Source of the DNA: a virus
Taxonomy: Duplodnaviria > Caudoviricetes
Virus record (IMG/VR): IMGVR_UViG_642918914_000001
Span: 167,256-231,255 of that record
Strand: one strand, 5' to 3'
Length of the DNA: 64,000 nt
In this document: one piece after another, positions 59,584-64,000 of the stretch
Numbering within the stretch: the first letter of the stretch is position 1
How the letters are laid out: each line of letters opens with the position of its first letter
Made by a program: the position numbers and the translations under genes
The notes under the pieces: generated by a model
Databases searched by the model: none
The model's input: the letters and a program-made list of their open reading frames with translations, nothing else
What the model was told of the DNA's origin: nothing

Positions 59584-60381
59584 ATGAATCCGATGTTCGC
59601 AGTACAGATCACCGGACGTGACGACCGCGAGTTGCACAAGACGGTGGACGCATTGAAGGCGGCTGGCCTTGACTACGAGACCTTCGGGTGTATCCCGTTC
59701 ACAGACGAGATCACCAACCTCGAAGCGTTCCCATCAGATCGCCGCGTGATACCACTGGCTGGGACCAAGGTTCTCAGCATGTGGCAGCGTGGGTGCCTGC
59801 CTCCAAACTGGCATGTATTCTACGATGCCGGACATCTGGACCAGTACCTCGCGCAGCGCTTCTACGGCACCAACCTGCTGAACTACTGGGCTGAGGTCCG
59901 GCCATTCTCGCAGATGAAGGATCGAGTGTGGGACGTGCCGATGTTCGTCAAGCCCACGGATGACGGCAAGGCGTTTGCCGGTTTGGTCCTTGAAGGTGAG
60001 AGCTTGAGTCAAGCGTTGGAAAAGCAAACGCACCAAGTGATCGCCGATGATCAGCCGATCCTCGTCTCCGACTGCAAGACGCTGGGCCGTGAGTTCCGCC
60101 TGTTCGTTGTGGACGGCTACGTGGTAGACATCTCAGAGTATCGGAATCGTGGCCAGATTCAACACAAGGATGTGGCGCCCCGGTTGAAGGCTGACCTCCG
60201 TGACTACTTCCAGTCCGTATGCCATCCCAGCGCGCCACGCGCTTACGTGATGGATGTTGGTGAAGTGTGGAAGAACGGCGAATGGCGCTGGTGCATCATC
60301 GAGCTGAACTGCTTCAACTGTAGCGGTGCCTACACTGTGGACCGTGCTGCGGTCTACGGTGCGGTCGCCAACGCGATCTAA
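59584..60381 (+). CDS. ATP-grasp domain protein (R2K/DUF4343-like)
   Basis: FVKPTDDGKAFAG, EFRLFVVDG, YVMDVG, IIELNCFNCSG.Y. Confidence 0.75.
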   Translation: MNPMFAVQITGRDDRELHKTVDALKAAGLDYETFGCIPFTDEITNLEAFPSDRRVIPLAGTKVLSMWQRGCLPPNWHVFYDAGHLDQYLAQRFYGTNLLNYWAEVRPFSQMKDRVWDVPMFVKPTDDGKAFAGLVLEGESLSQALEKQTHQVIADDQPILVSDCKTLGREFRLFVVDGYVVDISEYRNRGQIQHKDVAPRLKADLRDYFQSVCHPSAPRAYVMDVGEVWKNGEWRWCIIELNCFNCSGAYTVDRAAVYGAVANAI

Positions 60382-60430
60382 AGCCGGGTTTGTGGGGTGT
60401 TGTAGATTCGCAACACCTCCATTTTGCTCC

Positions 60431-60459
60431 TTGCGCGTGCAGCGAAATTCAGGCATAAT
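60431..60459 (+). promoter_or_regulatory. Sigma70-type (early) promoter
   Basis: TTGCGC-N17-CATAAT. Confidence 0.78.
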
Positions 60460-60534
60460 ACTTCACATGGGCAGCACGCAAGCAACACCGCAGCAGCCCC
60501 CGGGTTACAACCTCCCATCGAAACGGAGCGCAGC

Positions 60535-60741
60535 ATGAAATCCCAAGTCCAGAATTTCACGGTGTACTATCGTGGCGTCACCATCGGTGAACATCGCGCT
60601 CGCACCGCGTTGGAGGCAGTCACCCACAACTGGGGTCCTGCACACAATGGCACGCTCGTTGCGATCCCATCCAACTCGCATCGTCACCTGCACGAGAAGG
60701 CGAGTGTCGAGAGCAAGGTCGTACCGCAGTCCGCAGTCTAA
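60535..60741 (+). CDS. Small hypothetical early protein
   Basis: ATG after the leader hairpin. Confidence 0.6.
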   Translation: MKSQVQNFTVYYRGVTIGEHRARTALEAVTHNWGPAHNGTLVAIPSNSHRHLHEKASVESKVVPQSAV

Positions 60742-60777
60742 GTACACGATTCCACTCCCATCGAAACGGAGCGCATC

Positions 60778-61125
60778 ATGAGTCGCAAGCAGAAAATGAC
60801 GGAGTTCCAGCGTCAGCAGTATCTGGGCATCGCTGCAGTCCTGTGCGAAGTAGACACCGACGTCATCTATCGCGCGTTCATGGAGCAGCGAAAGCACGAT
60901 CGCAAAACGAAGACCTACAGCGCGCAGCAGCGCTACTCGCGCAGCGACACTTCTCGCATGCGGCTGTTCGCTCGCTTCTGCTATCATCGCCTGCAGTCCG
61001 AGCTCAACAAGTGCCGCGATCTGCAACAGGTCCAAGAGTTGAGCGCGTCGCTGAACGCAGCACTCTTGCCTACGAATGCCGAGCAGGGCTACGCGCTGGC
61101 TGAAACGCGCTTCGACCTGCTGTAA
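60778..61125 (+). CDS. Hypothetical early protein
   Basis: ATG after the leader hairpin. Confidence 0.65.
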   Translation: MSRKQKMTEFQRQQYLGIAAVLCEVDTDVIYRAFMEQRKHDRKTKTYSAQQRYSRSDTSRMRLFARFCYHRLQSELNKCRDLQQVQELSASLNAALLPTNAEQGYALAETRFDLL

Positions 61126-61159
61126 ACCGAACACCCTCCCATCGAAAAGGAGCATCATC

Positions 61160-61375
61160 ATGCTGTATATCGCCGTCTTCGCCCATCATGGGGATCAAGG
61201 TCACGTCCTGTGGGATTGCGCCGCGTCCAACGCCAACACCGCAGATTCCAAGTGCCGCACGCTCGAAGCTCTCAATCCGGAGCACGCCTTCAGCGTGATC
61301 ACCGAACGCGAGGCTCGCAATCTGTTCGTGGGCAACGGTCATAACTTCGCTTGCCCGCGCCTCACGCTGCACTGA
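61160..61375 (+). CDS. Small hypothetical early protein
   Basis: ATG after the leader hairpin. Confidence 0.6.
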   Translation: MLYIAVFAHHGDQGHVLWDCAASNANTADSKCRTLEALNPEHAFSVITEREARNLFVGNGHNFACPRLTLH

Positions 61376-61407
61376 GTCCGGCACCGTTCGCTGTCCAAGG
61401 AGCTGTC

Positions 61408-61914
61408 ATGTCAGTCAAGTTCAAGGTAGGGGATCGAGTCACTCACTGCGATTCCCTGTTCCCGGGTCAGGGAACGGTCGTAGCCGTGGAAACCCTCCTC
61501 CATCTGCAGAACGTGAAGGTGGAGTGGGACAAGGATCGCGGCGGCTTCGGCGGTTCGGTGTGGCTGCACGGAGAGCATCTGTCCCTGTCGCTTGCTGAGG
61601 CACTCGTGCCCACTGATTCGCAGCCTGCGCCTCGCGTGTTGATGTGGCGACAGTTTGATGCCGATGGCAACAGTCGTACAAGCTGGGTCGTGTATACAGC
61701 GGCGCACCCGAAGCTGGCGAAGATTACGCAGACGCTGGCGCGTCTTGCCACCAAGAATGATGGCCGGATCGAGGTCACGCTACGCGATCCGCAGTACTTC
61801 ACCTTCGATACGCCCGAATGGCGTCCGACGTTCACGCAGAGTGTGTTCGCAACGATTGAGCAGGCGAAGGCCGCTGTCGAGGAGTGTTGGCACGGTCCAT
61901 TGGAACAGCAGTAA
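61408..61914 (+). CDS. Hypothetical protein with N-terminal SH3/KOW-like domain
   Basis: KFKVGDRV...GQGTVVAV...VKVEWD; AAGGAG RBS. Confidence 0.6.
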   Translation: MSVKFKVGDRVTHCDSLFPGQGTVVAVETLLHLQNVKVEWDKDRGGFGGSVWLHGEHLSLSLAEALVPTDSQPAPRVLMWRQFDADGNSRTSWVVYTAAHPKLAKITQTLARLATKNDGRIEVTLRDPQYFTFDTPEWRPTFTQSVFATIEQAKAAVEECWHGPLEQQ

Positions 61915-61917
61915 ATA
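61908..61917 (+). promoter_or_regulatory. Phage promoter motif GCAGTAAATA (representative copy)
   Basis: About 12 copies just upstream of genes or RNAs, all oriented with transcription. Confidence 0.7.
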
Positions 61918-61933
61918 GAGTGTACAGGTCATC

Positions 61934-62276
61934 GCTCTTGCTCTATGTAGTCCCGCCGGAGGCCTAGCTCCGGAGTTCGGGGACGAGAAGAACTAGACCC
62001 CCTTCTCGCATCATTCGTGCGCCGCCCCCATTGCTAGGCGCGGGTGCGCTGTCCGCTAACAGCAGCCCGGTCGCCGCGTGGAATCGCGTGAAGTAGAGCA
62101 AGAGCACCCGTTTCACCCTGTCACTATGGAGTTCTGCCGTGGGGTTTATCCTTCCCCCGTCAACAGAGACGAGAGGTTTTCGCTATTTTCCCTCATCGTA
62201 TCATTCGTGGGTGAGTGGGCTTGAGTAGAGCGCGCCAACGCTCCTCGTCCAATCTGCCTGTGAAGTAGTGGCAGGG
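61934..62276 (+). ncRNA. Tandem pair of four-way-junction RNA motifs
   Basis: Closing stems 61934-61945/62094-62105 (12 bp) and 62116-62126/62266-62276 (11 bp); shared core CTATG.AGT, GACGAG, TCGYATCATTCGTG, GTGAAGTAG. Confidence 0.75.
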
Positions 62277-62342
62277 TTCCTTTCAAGTTAGAGGCTCGCT
62301 GGCCTCCTCCCTTAACGGCCAGCACATTTCGAGGATCATCTC

Positions 62343-63410
62343 ATGAGCAAGAGCAAGAAGGCAGTCAACACCACGACCAAAGCCGCGAAGAAGGCAGATG
62401 CGGCCAGCAAGAAGTCGGCTGTGAAGGTGGTGGAAGCCAAGGCGCTGGACAAGCGCTTCAAGAAGGGTGCCATCGTGTATCACACTGGTGGTCTGGGTCC
62501 GGTCAAGTTCTACGAACCGCCGAAGGACAGCAGCGAGTATGCAGTGGTGCGAACGCACGCTGGCACCGAGGCTCGCGTTCTGGCCTCGCAATTGCGACTG
62601 GCAACCGGCGCCGAAGTCAAGACCTACACCAAGCGCGTCCGCGAACATCGCAAGTTGGAAAAGGCCAGCGAGCTGCGGCGCATCACTCGCAAGGGTGCGA
62701 TCGTGTTCCACGCCGCGATGGGTCCGGTCAAGATGGTGGGTCCGGCACCGCACGATGGACAGTTCATCGTTCGACTGCCCCGTGGCGAAGAGTCGCCGGT
62801 GCTGTACAGCAATCTGCGTCTGGCCACCCCGTCCGAGGTCAAGGAATACAGCAAGAAGGTGGACGAACGCAAGAAGGCTGCGGCGCAGGACGCCACCAAG
62901 AAATTCGCGTTCCCCACTTCGGCCAGCGTGGAAGCGGCCAAGGCCGAGGAATCCGCCAAGGTTGAACAGCCGACCGAAGCGCGCCTCAACGGTTTCATCA
63001 TCCATGTGGGCGATACCGTGCTGGGCGATGTGGAAGGTACGCTGGCGGCTATCGTGGTCAGTATCCTGCCGAATCGCAATCTGGTGGTTCGCGAGGAGGG
63101 CAGCGACGCCAACCAGATCTGGACCGAGGGCTCGGTTCATGGCGTCCGTCCGGCAGCCGAGGATCGTGATCCGAGTGTCCTGGGCCAGAAGTTCAAGGAA
63201 CTGAAGATCAAGTTCGAAGAAGTGGGGCTGTTCGCTCCGTTCACGTACAAGGGGGTGCACCACGTCAAGGTCTCCAAGTCCAACGCGATCCGCGCCGTGA
63301 TCGAAGGCACGCCGGTCGCTCCGCGCGCCGTCTTGGCAACGGACGATGCTCCGATGAAGGGCTCGCACGTTGTCCGATTCCGCAAGAGCGACAAGGTCAC
63401 CCGCTTCTAA
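62343..63410 (+). CDS. Basic hypothetical protein with internal duplicated module
   Basis: Two KGAIV.H...GPVK...LRLAT..EVK.Y.K repeats; GAGGA RBS. Confidence 0.7.
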   Translation: MSKSKKAVNTTTKAAKKADAASKKSAVKVVEAKALDKRFKKGAIVYHTGGLGPVKFYEPPKDSSEYAVVRTHAGTEARVLASQLRLATGAEVKTYTKRVREHRKLEKASELRRITRKGAIVFHAAMGPVKMVGPAPHDGQFIVRLPRGEESPVLYSNLRLATPSEVKEYSKKVDERKKAAAQDATKKFAFPTSASVEAAKAEESAKVEQPTEARLNGFIIHVGDTVLGDVEGTLAAIVVSILPNRNLVVREEGSDANQIWTEGSVHGVRPAAEDRDPSVLGQKFKELKIKFEEVGLFAPFTYKGVHHVKVSKSNAIRAVIEGTPVAPRAVLATDDAPMKGSHVVRFRKSDKVTRF

Positions 63411-63569
63411 GCCGACTCGCGCAGTTCCCAATTTGACGGAGCGGGTTTGTGGTACACTGTGCCCAGTGACCCGCTCTGTCGATCACAAGTCGTACATCCA
63501 GCAGTAAATAATCCGCGTGCAAGCTGCACGCATCCAACTTTCAACTCTTCCGTTACAAGGAACATCATC

Positions 63570-63980
63570 ATGGCAAAGCAACAAGAAGCATCCGCCGCTC
63601 CGAAGGCAAACCCGATCGTCGCACTGAAGGCCGCCGTCGGTCAGTTCACCAAGCTGTCGCGCGAAGCCGCCAAGAAGGATCGCCTGATCGCGAACAAGGA
63701 CAAGCTGATCGCCGCACTCAAGGCCAAGCTGCAAGGCAAGGCTGCCAACGGCGCCGCCAAGGCCGCTCCGGCCGCGAAGGGCGCGAAGGTCAAGGTTGAG
63801 AAGGCTGCTCCGGCTGCCAAGAAGGCTGCGAAGGGCGCGAAGGCCGCTCCGCAGGGCAAGGGTCCGAAGGCCAAGCCGGCGAAGGCTGGTAAGGTGGCTC
63901 CCGCTGCCAAGAAGGGCGCCAAGGCCAAGGCTGCCAAGCCGGCGAAGGCTGCGAAGGGCGGCGACGACTTCCTGATCTAA
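63570..63980 (+). CDS. Histone H1-like Lys/Ala-rich protein ending GGDDFLI
   Basis: AAPAAKK repeats; AAGGA RBS; upstream GCAGTAAATA. Confidence 0.7.
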   Translation: MAKQQEASAAPKANPIVALKAAVGQFTKLSREAAKKDRLIANKDKLIAALKAKLQGKAANGAAKAAPAAKGAKVKVEKAAPAAKKAAKGAKAAPQGKGPKAKPAKAGKVAPAAKKGAKAKAAKPAKAAKGGDDFLI

Positions 63981-64000
63981 GTCGTCCTCGGTGAGGAGGG

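Overview
This is a 64-kb segment of a large, GC-rich, dsDNA tailed phage genome, probably a jumbo phage of a Proteobacterium (inference; no host-type housekeeping operons are seen). Genes run on the minus strand from 1 to about 37.2 kb and on the plus strand from about 37.7 to 64 kb, diverging from a non-coding gap. Recognisable content: a sugar-activation/glycosyltransferase cluster suggesting DNA hypermodification, spanins, primase, a family-A DNA polymerase with a UDG-like N-terminus, two helicases, an Mre11/SbcD-like nuclease, a two-subunit type IIA topoisomerase whose B subunit carries an atypical Pro1 mini-intein, an HNH endonuclease, two canonical tRNAs and many small hypothetical genes. 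The most striking signals are non-coding. (1) A ~420-nt RNA at 21970-22388 contains two circularly permuted tRNA-like domains and lies directly behind a conserved uncharacterised protein gene. (2) Three further remodelled tRNA-like RNAs lie nearby. (3) A tandem pair of four-way-junction RNA motifs at 61934-62276 shares a conserved core. (4) A 7-copy Shine-Dalgarno-sequestering hairpin is linked to sigma70-type promoters, and a separate strand-consistent GTAAATA motif marks a second promoter class. Many apparent frameshifts, mainly at 35-53 kb, suggest indel errors in the assembly. All structures were folded by eye and no searches were run.
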